NCBI GenBank assembly: GCA_030613245.1
Contig: JAUWMI010000003.1
Location: forward strand, 1,062 to 65,061
Reading direction: 5' to 3'
DNA length: 64,000 bases
DNA from: Candidatus Sumerlaeota bacterium
Lineage (GTDB): Bacteria > Sumerlaeota > Sumerlaeia > MWCT01 > JAUWMI01
Shown here: positions 19,583 through 29,062 of the stretch, in pieces
Layout of the letters: each line of letters starts with the position of its first letter
How positions within the stretch are numbered: position 1 is the first letter of the stretch
Notes under the pieces: model-generated
Databases searched by the model: none
Told to the model about the DNA's origin: nothing
What the model saw: the letters and a program-made list of their open reading frames with translations, nothing else
Position numbers and translations under genes: made by a program

Positions 19583-20809
19583 ATGGTGAAACGCCTTTTG
19601 ATTAGCGTGTTTATGTTTACTCTCTGGCTCACGCTGTGCGCTTCAGTTCATGGTTACATTTCCAACCCATTCAATGCAAAGCGTCTCCTTGATTCGGCAG
19701 ATTTAGTCTGCCATGGAAAGGTTGTTTCAGTTACCGCGCATGAAGTCGAGAAGGACTCCCGATTCCATCCGCCTTTGGAAACTGAGGGAGGTATGGCGAG
19801 GATACGCATAATCAATATCATCAAGGGAAAGGTTCCTGGTGTTATTGACGTTGTATTCAGGAAGCCTGCTTCGACAGTGCTTTACACTCAACTGGCGCAA
19901 GACGAAGAGTGTATTCTTTTCTTAAGGTCAACAAAAGGATACTACCGGTTTGTTGACGACCACAACGGCAAACTCTCTATTCCGCCTCATAAGGCGATTC
20001 AGTACAAGTCCGAATCCCCTGAAGATCGAATGGTTGCGGAGCTGATATTTGGCACTGAGGCTGATTCGGGCCGTATCCGGCTCGTCTGTGCCGAACAGCT
20101 CGGAGACTTTGCGCATACTGAGGCGGTAGCTCGTCTGAAGGCTCTTAGCTTAGTCAACGGCATGGAGCTGCAAGGCGTCGCCTACGCAGCTTTGATTCGG
20201 CTGGACCACCCCCCGGAGGCCAAAGAGCTTGCCGGTTTCTTTGCACGGCAAGACAATACTGGGTCTTCCGAGCGATTCGGTACAACAAAATACAGCAATG
20301 GGCACCTAAAGGGAAAGATTCTCATCGAGCTTCACCAACGATTCAACGTGATATGCCGAGACTTTAATCTTCCTTACAGCAGTTCTAAGCATGTCGCCCG
20401 TAAGGAGGCCGCAAGAAAAGCGGCAGGGCAATGGAAAGACTTCGACCTCATCCACTTTCTTAACTCAGCGCCGTGGAAAGATTGCGATACCAGCTCTGTC
20501 ATCTACAACCGGGTCATAGCCGACATTGTGGGCGACCAAATTGATAGACAGGGGGCGCCCGCTGTTAGCAATAAGACATATCGCAAGGGAAGCAAGTCGA
20601 TCGTGTTGGGCCTGCTTGAAAGTGAAAATAGCGAGATTCGTTGCGCGGCAGCACGCGCTATAGACAGAATGATTGCCGAACCCCACAAGTTTCCCTATCC
20701 ACAATACAGAAACGGTGTTAGAAAAATAGAGGAGGTTGATGCGTACGTTAATGCCTGTCGCGAATGGATTGCTGCTCACAAAGAGTGGGTCAATGAAAAC
20801 GAGAAATAG
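19583..20809 (+). CDS. Hypothetical exported protein with HEAT-like repeats; integron cassette cargo
   Basis: Signal peptide; IRLVCAEQLG and IRCAAARAI repeats; bounded by two attC sites. Confidence 0.7.
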   Translation: MVKRLLISVFMFTLWLTLCASVHGYISNPFNAKRLLDSADLVCHGKVVSVTAHEVEKDSRFHPPLETEGGMARIRIINIIKGKVPGVIDVVFRKPASTVLYTQLAQDEECILFLRSTKGYYRFVDDHNGKLSIPPHKAIQYKSESPEDRMVAELIFGTEADSGRIRLVCAEQLGDFAHTEAVARLKALSLVNGMELQGVAYAALIRLDHPPEAKELAGFFARQDNTGSSERFGTTKYSNGHLKGKILIELHQRFNVICRDFNLPYSSSKHVARKEAARKAAGQWKDFDLIHFLNSAPWKDCDTSSVIYNRVIADIVGDQIDRQGAPAVSNKTYRKGSKSIVLGLLESENSEIRCAAARAIDRMIAEPHKFPYPQYRNGVRKIEEVDAYVNACREWIAAHKEWVNENEK

Positions 20810-20844
20810 AGTTTCATGCCAGGTACTAGTCTTGCGTCATGAAG

Positions 20845-20922
20845 AGGCCGGAGCAGAGAAGGTGCAGCTGACTTGGTATTCCGCGTCGCTCCATACCAAG
20901 CAGCTGAGCTAAACCGTTAGGC
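20845..20922 (+). mobile_element. Integron attC site
   Basis: 20859-20910 is 51/52 identical to 19501-19552; R' GTTAGGC; left end AGGCCG complements the cassette start GTTCGGCCT. Confidence 0.8.
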
Positions 20923-21031
20923 GGCCACACCTCAAGCCCACGAGTCAAGACTGCTGGTGGGTGTGTGATTCAACGATAATTGGGGGCAATTGGGCAACAC
21001 GAAACTGGTCGAAAGGATGTTTGGAGCAAAT

Positions 21032-21685
21032 ATGAAGCAAGTAAAGATTTTTAGAGAGCTGTTTGACAAAAAGGCACTTAGAGTATTTTCTCGCCTCGAC
21101 AGCCCGATCAAGATTCAAGATTTCCTGGATGGACTCCCCTATAGCACGGAAGACACTTATCGTTGTCCTCGGAGTGTCTTGCGAGATCGTCAGGCGGACT
21201 GTTTTGACGGTGCCTTGTTTGCGGCGGCAGCGTTGCGGCACATTGGGCATCCCCCGTTGATTCTCAATATGCTGCCAAACAATCGCGATGATGATCATGT
21301 GGTGGCGCTGTACAAGCGTGCTGGATGCTGGGGTGCAGTGGGGAAGTCAAATTATTTCGGGCTGCGTTTTCGCGAGCCTATTTATCGCACCGTGCGCGAA
21401 CTGGTTATGTCGTACTTTGAGCTTTACTTCAACGTGAGGGGCGAAAAGACGCTGCGCAGCTACACGGGGCCTCTGAATTTGCAGAGCTTTGATAAGCTCA
21501 ACTGGATGGTGAGCGACGAACCCTTGGAGGCGATTGCGGATCGTTTAGACGAAATTCGAAGAGTCCCGCTCATCACGAGGCGTATGGCGGCTCGGCTTTC
21601 ACTTGCGGACAAGCGGTCTTACCAGGCGGGGATGCTCGGCGTGAATCTGGCAGGGGTTTTTAAGCCGCGGAGAAAAAGTACGTAA
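21032..21685 (+). CDS. Conserved hypothetical protein, transglutaminase/papain-like fold
   Basis: DCFDGALFAAAAL (Cys), DDDHVVA (His), WGAVGKSN; GGAG RBS. Confidence 0.65.
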   Translation: MKQVKIFRELFDKKALRVFSRLDSPIKIQDFLDGLPYSTEDTYRCPRSVLRDRQADCFDGALFAAAALRHIGHPPLILNMLPNNRDDDHVVALYKRAGCWGAVGKSNYFGLRFREPIYRTVRELVMSYFELYFNVRGEKTLRSYTGPLNLQSFDKLNWMVSDEPLEAIADRLDEIRRVPLITRRMAARLSLADKRSYQAGMLGVNLAGVFKPRRKST

Positions 21686-21809
21686 GGAAGATTTGCAAAA
21701 AATGTAGACAGAAGGTGTTTTATTGACTCGTTTTGTACCAGAAAGTGCTAAGAATGCCGTATGTCCCCATTTTGTCTCCCCTTTTGTCCCAACGGATGAT
21801 TCTCAATGC

Positions 21810-22135
21810 AAATCCGCGCGTGTATCCGTGGTATTAATAGTAAGTCAATTTACTCAGATTAAACCGCAGATGAACACAGACAAACACAAAAATAATTCAT
21901 ATATTTAAACCGCAGATGAACGCAGATAAATACTTAAGAAAAGACAGATTAAGAATTTACAGGAATGTAAACGAATGTGATGTATTTATTCGTGTCTATT
22001 TGTGCCTATTTGTGTCCATTCGTGGTAAATTGTTTGTACATTTCTTTGTTATTTGAATTGTAACCGCAGATGAACGCAGATGGACACAGATAAATATTTA
22101 AGAAAAGACCGAACACGAATTTACACGAATAAATG
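21810..22135. repeat. Cluster of 10-bp-period repeats in both orientations
   Basis: AACCGCAGATGAACAC/GCAGA three times, plus opposite-strand tracts ATTCGTGTCTATTTGTGCCTATTTGTGTCCATTCGTGGT. Confidence 0.8.
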
Positions 22136-22407
22136 CCTATTTTAAGCAAGAGTGCGTAGTGCTGCGCGTACTCAATACTGCAAAAATACACCAGGCACAG
22201 TGCAAAGCTGCGCTATTTTGCATTTCATGGAAAGATGGTGTTACAAAATGCGGACGCGCACTTCCATGTCAGGAAGCAGCGGAACTGGTGGGAGCGTGAC
22301 TTACCAGTAGTGCCACGCACATGAGGAGCGAAACAGCCGAAAAGAGGCGGCACCGAAGACGTAATCGTTGGAGGGGCGCCATGGGCACGTGGGAGTTGAA
22401 TCTCCTG

Positions 22408-23898
22408 CTAGGGTTCGTGATTTTCAAGCATTTTGCTATGAGCTTGAGCGATCAATTCTCGGACAGTCGCCTTCTTGGTAGTGCACTCAATGGTGGCGAT
22501 GTCAAGCCGGATACGCCGATCTGTCTTATCAATCGCGATGCTTCTTACGCGAATCTGTTCTTTCAGGCGGCCCGCCAGCGCCTGAGCTTGCTGGAGCGGA
22601 GTTTCAGGTAGAAGAATAACAAACGTGCTTTCTTCAAAGCGCGCCAGGAAGTCGGTGTCGCGAATTGCATCTTTGAGACACTGCGTGGCATTGCGGAGCA
22701 GCTTGGTGGCTTCGTTTGGCCCCTTGAGTTTCAGGTAACCGTCGAAATAGTGGATGCCAACCATCATCAGGGTCAACGGCCGGTCGTAGCGCTTATAGCG
22801 GTTCAGCTCTTCCTGGAATTTGCCATGGAAATATTTAAAATTGAGAATTTCTAGCCCGGTATCCAGAAAAGCCTGATCAAGGGTAGTTTCATAGAGATTG
22901 CCAGTGGCCGCAGCCATTTTCCCACGCGGCGTAATCTTGTAGCGGTAAACACTGCGCAAGATCGCCTCGGCGAGCTTGAATTGCTTTTGACAATTAAGGC
23001 AGAAGCAATTGATCCCGGGCTGGGGAAAGACTACTGCACAGACATTACAGACAAAACTCTCGCTCGGCTTCTCGTAGTCAACTCCGATGTGCCGAAGAAC
23101 CTCTTCGCATTTCGGGCAGACTAGCTCCATGCCGCGCTGGAACTCCTGCTTGGGCCCCACGTATGCGCACTTGAAATGATGGATCAACTCGGTCATGGTC
23201 ATGTCGGGATTCTTGCAGTCAGGGCAGACCTCCATGAAACTCAGATTATACACGTTGCAGAACGGACACAGGTGAATGTTCGTGTAAAAGTTCTTCTCCA
23301 GACAGCCTTTAAGGGAGAGATCAGCAAGATGTTGATCAGTTTCCGCTGCGCTAGCCTCAAGGATCTCCCGAGCTTCGGGATAGGAGTAGCCGAAGGAGGA
23401 GTGGATGTCAGGCAAGGGTAAGAGTTCCTTATCCGGCGTTTCTGAGAGGCGCTTAAGCAGTTCAATTTTTTTCAGGTCAATAGCGCTAATGGTTGGCAAT
23501 GCCGATTGCAGAATACGCGTGCGACTGATGATGGCTTTTACGCGAGTCAGAAAATCTTCAGGATCGTAGGGCTTCAGGATGTAATCGAATGCACCCACGT
23601 CAAAGTCTTTTTCCTTGTCAGCAATCTCACGCTTTTTGCCAGTGAGAAAGAGGTAGGGAATCAACGCTGTTTCTGGATCGCGCTTCAGGGTATGAGCCAC
23701 GGCAAGTCCGTCAATGTCAGGCATGCCGACGTCGAGTATGATTAGATGGGGCCGAAAGATTTTTGCTGCGTCCAGGGTATCAGCACCACGCTCAATTGAT
23801 TTCACCTCATAGTTTTCGCTGCGCAGATGCTCATGCAGGAGTGCTGCTTGATCGGGATCATTCTCAACAACGAGAATTTTCAACTTTGGCATTGGCAA
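22408..23898 (-). CDS. Response regulator with Cys-rich (TackOD1-like) middle domain and degenerate GGDEF domain
   Basis: REC domain (LDVGMP, ILKPY); multiple CxxC plus HxxC; GGDEF fold with ARFEESTF at the active site. Confidence 0.8.
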   Translation of the reverse strand: MPMPKLKILVVENDPDQAALLHEHLRSENYEVKSIERGADTLDAAKIFRPHLIILDVGMPDIDGLAVAHTLKRDPETALIPYLFLTGKKREIADKEKDFDVGAFDYILKPYDPEDFLTRVKAIISRTRILQSALPTISAIDLKKIELLKRLSETPDKELLPLPDIHSSFGYSYPEAREILEASAAETDQHLADLSLKGCLEKNFYTNIHLCPFCNVYNLSFMEVCPDCKNPDMTMTELIHHFKCAYVGPKQEFQRGMELVCPKCEEVLRHIGVDYEKPSESFVCNVCAVVFPQPGINCFCLNCQKQFKLAEAILRSVYRYKITPRGKMAAATGNLYETTLDQAFLDTGLEILNFKYFHGKFQEELNRYKRYDRPLTLMMVGIHYFDGYLKLKGPNEATKLLRNATQCLKDAIRDTDFLARFEESTFVILLPETPLQQAQALAGRLKEQIRVRSIAIDKTDRRIRLDIATIECTTKKATVRELIAQAHSKMLENHEP

Positions 23899-24188
23899 GC
23901 CTCATTAATAAAAAATCATTTATGAAAATTAAACATAATAAGAATAAAAGCTGAGATAACTACTGTTTTCTTAGACCTATATATCCATCTTCTCAGGTGT
24001 CAAGGCTTTTTAGGGAGCACTTGCTCAAAAAATTGTTCTGGATATTAATACTTTGCAGATAATGCTGCAATTTGTTGCAGTCGGGATGGAAACGTAGTGG
24101 ACTGCTTGTGTTGAATAAAATTGGTGAGTGCGTGTAGTAGGGCCACCGAGACACGGAGGCACAGAGTAAATGGATAAGGCGGCAGGGT

Positions 24189-24839
24189 TCAAAATGCCGT
24201 TTTTTGAGAAAGAACGATGTCGCCTTCAGAGACTGTTCCGTTCGTTGGATCGTACGGCATATGGTTCGAGAAGACGGAATAGAGCTCATAAAGGTTCACA
24301 AGCCCGTCAGGGCCAACAGAGAGGAGTTTCCATTCGCCGTATTTGGCAATGCCAGCCAGGCATGCGTCCTCACTGACCGAGGGGCGCCATCCAATCCAAC
24401 TCGGGCCGAGGCCACCCCAATTCTCAAGGTTTGCCTCATAGTTGAGATAGCGATATTGGAAGAAATAGCGGAAGTAGGTAGTAACCTGGCGCTCGGAACG
24501 AAATGGGTCAAAGAAGAGTTCAGCCGAGACGTATGGCACAGGCGTGGTGAGCTGAATTGTGGGATACCATGGCCAGCCATCTTCGACGTCATTAGGGTAA
24601 TGAAGGTTGTCAATGCGATAGGATTCGAGCGCCATGGCCAGGGCGGTCATGTCGGTTTTGGCTGCGGCAATGCGATGGTTGACAAGGGCCTGGAAAAAGT
24701 TTGATGCGGTAGCTGCACCCAGTGTCGCTACCATCAGGCCGATGAGGCACCATTTGGCCATGGTTTCGATTTTCAGGATCATAATCCGCTGGAGAAATAC
24801 GCGGAAGCGCGCCCGCACAGTCTGAAGTTTTTGTGTCAT
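24189..24839 (-). CDS. Pilin-head homolog without class III prepilin signal (copy 1); start may be further downstream
   Basis: YPNDVEDGWPW, QLTTP, SVGPD and YDPTNGTVSEGDI match pilin 50878-51498; N-terminus is Sec-like. Confidence 0.8.
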   Translation of the reverse strand: MTQKLQTVRARFRVFLQRIMILKIETMAKWCLIGLMVATLGAATASNFFQALVNHRIAAAKTDMTALAMALESYRIDNLHYPNDVEDGWPWYPTIQLTTPVPYVSAELFFDPFRSERQVTTYFRYFFQYRYLNYEANLENWGGLGPSWIGWRPSVSEDACLAGIAKYGEWKLLSVGPDGLVNLYELYSVFSNHMPYDPTNGTVSEGDIVLSQKTAF

Positions 24840-24927
24840 TTCTAGTCCTCCTGGAGTGGCCTAGGGTTTTTAGGTTTTTTCGCTCAGCCTTGTTGAAATT
24901 CGCAGAGGGCTATCTCTGCGCCTGCCT

Positions 24928-25521
24928 TTATTGTTTCTGATAACGAATGATATCGCCTTCAGAGTCAATTCCATTGGTTGGATCGTAAAGTAAATTGTTC
25001 GTGAAGAAGAAATACTGAATATTGTCATAGGATACATGCATATCAGGCCCAACAGAGAGCAGTTTCCATTTGCCGTATTTGGCCATGCCAGCCAGGCACT
25101 CCTCCTCACTGACCGCAGGGCGCCAATGAATCCACCCCGGGCCGACGCTCTTCCAACGCTCAAGGTTTGCCTCGTAGTTGATGTAGCGATGGAGGCGCCA
25201 GTAGCGGTGATAGGTAGGGGCTTGATATTCCGCACCACGAAAGGGATCGTGAAAGAGTTCGGGCGAGACGTAAGCGACCGGTGTGGTGAGTTGTACCGTG
25301 GGGAACCATGGCCAGCCATCTTCGACGTCGTTTGGGTATTTGAGATGGTCGAGGTGATACGCTTCCAGCGCCATGGCGAGCACAGACAGCTGGGTTTCGG
25401 TGGTGGCGATACGCTGACGTATGAGCGCGTCAAGGTAATTTATTTGTGTTGCGGCGCACAAGCTGACTGCCAGTACTGCACCGAGAAATAATTTTATGAA
25501 TAATCCATGTTTGCGTATCAT
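24928..25521 (-). CDS. Pilin-head homolog without class III prepilin signal (copy 2)
   Basis: Same motifs as copy 1; Sec-like signal MIRKHGLFIKLFLGAVLAVSLCA. Confidence 0.8.
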   Translation of the reverse strand: MIRKHGLFIKLFLGAVLAVSLCAATQINYLDALIRQRIATTETQLSVLAMALEAYHLDHLKYPNDVEDGWPWFPTVQLTTPVAYVSPELFHDPFRGAEYQAPTYHRYWRLHRYINYEANLERWKSVGPGWIHWRPAVSEEECLAGMAKYGKWKLLSVGPDMHVSYDNIQYFFFTNNLLYDPTNGIDSEGDIIRYQKQ

Positions 25522-25562
25522 AGGAATTCTCTTCTAGTCAGTATTGCCTCGCACGCAGCTCA

Positions 25563-26753
25563 TCAGTAGTAGAGCTGCCAATTGGATGCATCGGTAGAAT
25601 AGAAAAGCACCATTCCCGATACGAAGCCACTCCCATCCGCATCGCCTTCATCTTCCTCATCATCGTAAATTCGCGTGTCAGCCCAGAAGTAGTTTGTCGT
25701 CCATGTATTGCCGTATGCAAAGATTTCGTTCGGGCTGTAATTTGCAAAATCATAGGGATTATTATTTTTGATGAGATTTCTTCCCAGGTCAGATGGAGTT
25801 CCGAAGTCGGGCAGGGCAGAGCGAAACGTGGTGACCCCGCCACAGCCGGGGCCGTTGTTTTCGATAGTATTGCTGCGGCAGAGCGGGTTCGCATCATCGG
25901 TGATCGCTATGCCGGCGTTGGTATTGTTCTGGATGGTATTATAGTAAAGTCCCGGGGCAGCACTTCGCCGGATGATTACGCCGTGGTCGTTTGCCGACAT
26001 GGTGTTTGCGTTTATGGTGGAGTGCGTGTTACCCGTGCAATAGAGGCCGGCCCAGGCGTTGCCGGTCAAAGAGGTTTCAGAGAGCGTGAGAGTTGAAGGC
26101 GCGTCGAGCAACATGAGGCCGGTGCCGTTGTTGGTTAAGGTATTATCGCTGAGATCCGAGATGTCAGGATCGGAAAGGAAGAGGCCAATGGCTTCAGAAT
26201 TGTTGGTGATTGTATTGTATTGCAGAAAGGGCCGGGCTTGCCCATACGCGTATATGGCCCCGTATTGACAGTGGGAGATGGTGGAGTTGGTAATCGTAGG
26301 GTCGCAGCCATAGCATGAAATGCCAATGGTGGCGTATTTCACCTCACAGTAATCTATCAGCGAGGACGTGCTGGTTGGCGAGAATACCAGCCCATGCCAG
26401 GTGCCCGGCGTCTCGGGATTGGCGGTAAAGATTACCGGACCTTGCGCTGTGTCCTGCGCCTGTAGCTGGCCGGCAATTTTAACGTAGTAGCCCGGCAGTG
26501 TTGGCTCCGAAGGGGCCAGCGCAACTAGCGTCTCGTTGGAGATTATTTCAAGCGCATCTCCTGAGGCAATCGTGAGATTTCCCTCCAGATAAAAGGTTGG
26601 CGAACTGCCGGTCACCGTTGGGCTGGAGATACTCACCAGGTCGGTCAGGGTGTACGTTTGTCCGGTTCCCGGGGTCTCAAAGTCTGCGCCACTCGCAAAG
26701 CGAGCAGCAAGCAGGATGACAGAGAATAAACCAACTCCCAGTAGTCTTCTCAT
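25563..26753 (-). CDS. Secreted right-handed parallel beta-helix protein (NosD/PbH1 repeats)
   Basis: Signal peptide; repeated N-x-I-x-x-N...GI units; C-terminus WQLYY. Confidence 0.85.
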   Translation of the reverse strand: MRRLLGVGLFSVILLAARFASGADFETPGTGQTYTLTDLVSISSPTVTGSSPTFYLEGNLTIASGDALEIISNETLVALAPSEPTLPGYYVKIAGQLQAQDTAQGPVIFTANPETPGTWHGLVFSPTSTSSLIDYCEVKYATIGISCYGCDPTITNSTISHCQYGAIYAYGQARPFLQYNTITNNSEAIGLFLSDPDISDLSDNTLTNNGTGLMLLDAPSTLTLSETSLTGNAWAGLYCTGNTHSTINANTMSANDHGVIIRRSAAPGLYYNTIQNNTNAGIAITDDANPLCRSNTIENNGPGCGGVTTFRSALPDFGTPSDLGRNLIKNNNPYDFANYSPNEIFAYGNTWTTNYFWADTRIYDDEEDEGDADGSGFVSGMVLFYSTDASNWQLYY

Positions 26754-26773
26754 TTTTCCCCTCGCCTATTATC

Positions 26774-28000
26774 TTAATAGTAAAGCTGCCAACACGACTC
26801 TGCAGCTGTGGCTTCGTAGTGGACAATACCGGAGATAAAACCACTCCCATCCGCATCGCCAATGTCTTCTTCATCGTCGTAAATTACTGAGTCAATGTTC
26901 TGGGGAATGGTCCAGGAATTCCCGAAGGCCAGCAGATTATTCGTTGTAAAATTGACAAAATCGTATTCCAGATTGTCGCGGAAGGTATTCCCGCCAGGAG
27001 ATTCCACGAAACCAAGGTCCGGACGAGAGTCGTCAAACGCCACGAAGCCTCCAATGGCTGTGCTATTATTGGCAATTATGTTCTTGCGCACAACAGGGGA
27101 AGCATTCGCCGCCGTGGCGATGCCGAGCAGGGTATTGGACGACACCGTATTGCCGTCGAGCGTGGCGGTGGAATGGCTGGCAATCACGATGCCGGCATTG
27201 TTCCATTCAATCTGGTTGTTGCGAATAGAAGATGTGTCGTATCCAGCCGCATAGAGGCCGATCTCGGTATTGTAAGCTATTCGATTGTGTGCGACACTGG
27301 TGGCAGCTGCTGGGTCTGCGAGCACTACGCCGGCCTGGTTATCAGTGATGGTATTATTGGAGAGGGTTGCTCTGGAGAATCGGCTGAGCACGATGCCGGC
27401 GCCAGAATGGATAGCGAGAATCCTGGTGTCTGAAATGAAGGGCTCTGCAGCGCCATAGCAGTAAATCCCAGCATACTTGCACTGCGAGATAACACAGTGA
27501 TCAATTATGGGGCTTGCACCATAGCAAGTAATGCCAGCCACGGCATTCGAAAGTGCACAGTAGATCATCTCGCTTCCGGTTGATGTAGGGAGTATTTGAA
27601 TTCCGTACCACATGCCAGCGCGATCCGTGAGGGACGTCAGCATGCAGTAGGCATGCGGGTAGCCATAAGCCAGTAGGCGTCCGGCAATCTTGATGGCATA
27701 GCCAATGCTGGTGGGATCATCTGCGACGAAAAGTAGCTGGCCTCCAGCAAAATACAGCGTATCGCCGGGAGAGATTGTTAGGTTTCCGTTTAACTGAAAA
27801 TAGGCGCCATAGTATTGCACCGTACCTCCGGATAGAGCTGCAAGGGCATAGAGGTCGAATATTTCTCCTCGCCCCGGGGTTACGTAGTCTCTGGCACTAG
27901 CAGTGGCTGCGCAGATAGTTAGGATGAGAAAGAGTGTTGCACCATAAAAGAATCTCTTGCCCCGTATAAGAGGAGAATTTGACACCTGCTCAAGCTCCAT
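26774..28000 (-). CDS. Secreted right-handed parallel beta-helix protein, paralog of the neighbouring gene
   Basis: Signal peptide; PbH1 repeats; shared IYDDEEDxGDADGSGF and WQLYY C-terminus. Confidence 0.85.
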   Translation of the reverse strand: MELEQVSNSPLIRGKRFFYGATLFLILTICAATASARDYVTPGRGEIFDLYALAALSGGTVQYYGAYFQLNGNLTISPGDTLYFAGGQLLFVADDPTSIGYAIKIAGRLLAYGYPHAYCMLTSLTDRAGMWYGIQILPTSTGSEMIYCALSNAVAGITCYGASPIIDHCVISQCKYAGIYCYGAAEPFISDTRILAIHSGAGIVLSRFSRATLSNNTITDNQAGVVLADPAAATSVAHNRIAYNTEIGLYAAGYDTSSIRNNQIEWNNAGIVIASHSTATLDGNTVSSNTLLGIATAANASPVVRKNIIANNSTAIGGFVAFDDSRPDLGFVESPGGNTFRDNLEYDFVNFTTNNLLAFGNSWTIPQNIDSVIYDDEEDIGDADGSGFISGIVHYEATAAESCWQLYY

Positions 28001-28377
28001 AGAGGTCTAGAACCTGACTATTTGATAATGCAAAAAGCTTGCCAATAGCAAGGGAAAAAACAGGCAGAATCTTAAGTCCAGTAAAAACAATATCCCGGAG
28101 CATATTTTTGTGGGGTGCGTTATCTGAAGATCATGTCGGGCGGATCAAGAATGAAGAATATTCTTCAATTTTGTAGAATGGATTGTAGATAATTCTGCAG
28201 TGAGATTAAGGAATCAATGATGAATGTGCCTCTAATGGGCGGGGAGAAAGGAAAACTGTTGATAGGATCCAAGCTGAATGCTTGCCTGCTGCTGCTGGCT
28301 ATTATTGGCTGCTATTTCTTTTCAAACATTTTGTCTACAGATTGTTTGCTTATCTTTCTTTCAGTTGATCGGGTGTA

Positions 28378-28405
28378 GCGCGTCCGCTGTAACGAGATGT
28401 TAGAC
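28378..28405 (-). mobile_element. Left half of an attC (distal end of array)
   Basis: Minus strand GTCTAAC ATCTCGTTACAGCGGACGCGC just after the RDD stop; no right arm found. Confidence 0.6.
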
Positions 28406-28432
28406 GACCAGGCCATTGATGTGGCTTGGCTA

Positions 28433-28951
28433 TCAAGTTTCTTTGCGCAGCCGAATAACTACAGACCTGGCAATGAAGTCGTGTATTGCCCGTCGCTTCT
28501 TATTTGTAAGCATGGTTACCAGTTCGGCAAGAAACCATATGGACAATGTGTAGCTAAGAATCCAGCTCCACAAACTTAGCTCTCGAACCTCATATGGATT
28601 TACTCCTTTGAGAATGGTCGGCAGGTAAAACGCTGTTTGAATTGCCACAAATGCAATGGCCACGCTGTCCCTGAGTAACGCCTGGAACATGGATAGTTTC
28701 GACTCCGATAAATCAAGGACTTTGACTCGTGTTACCATCTTGCCAAGCGTTTGCCCGAAATTCCCATGCATCAACACGCTATAGGCTAGGTATGAGAATG
28801 ATGAGATGATGAACCAAATGGCCAATACACCTTTTGCCGTAATACTGGCAAAGACCCACGAGTGTAAAAAGGAGAGCGGAAGAAACACAAATCCGTCGAT
28901 TACGCCAGCCCAGAATCTACGCCAGAAGGTTTTATACTTGAGTTCGATCAT
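28433..28951 (-). CDS. RDD family membrane protein (cassette 6)
   Basis: FWRRFWAGVID, GQTLGKM and RRAIHDFIA motifs. Confidence 0.9.
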   Translation of the reverse strand: MIELKYKTFWRRFWAGVIDGFVFLPLSFLHSWVFASITAKGVLAIWFIISSFSYLAYSVLMHGNFGQTLGKMVTRVKVLDLSESKLSMFQALLRDSVAIAFVAIQTAFYLPTILKGVNPYEVRELSLWSWILSYTLSIWFLAELVTMLTNKKRRAIHDFIARSVVIRLRKET

Positions 28952-29062
28952 TTCGCCGCCTTATATAGCCGCTTCATTTAGTTATTGGGTTTGGGTTCCA
29001 GCGATCTGCAACAGCTGCGGTGCGGGTTGACAAGTAGGCTGCGTTTCATGGTCAGGTGGTCT

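Noticed and set aside
24189..25521. Diversity-generating retroelement TR/VR pair
   Set aside because: No reverse transcriptase in the window; differences between paralogs are not adenine-specific and many are synonymous.
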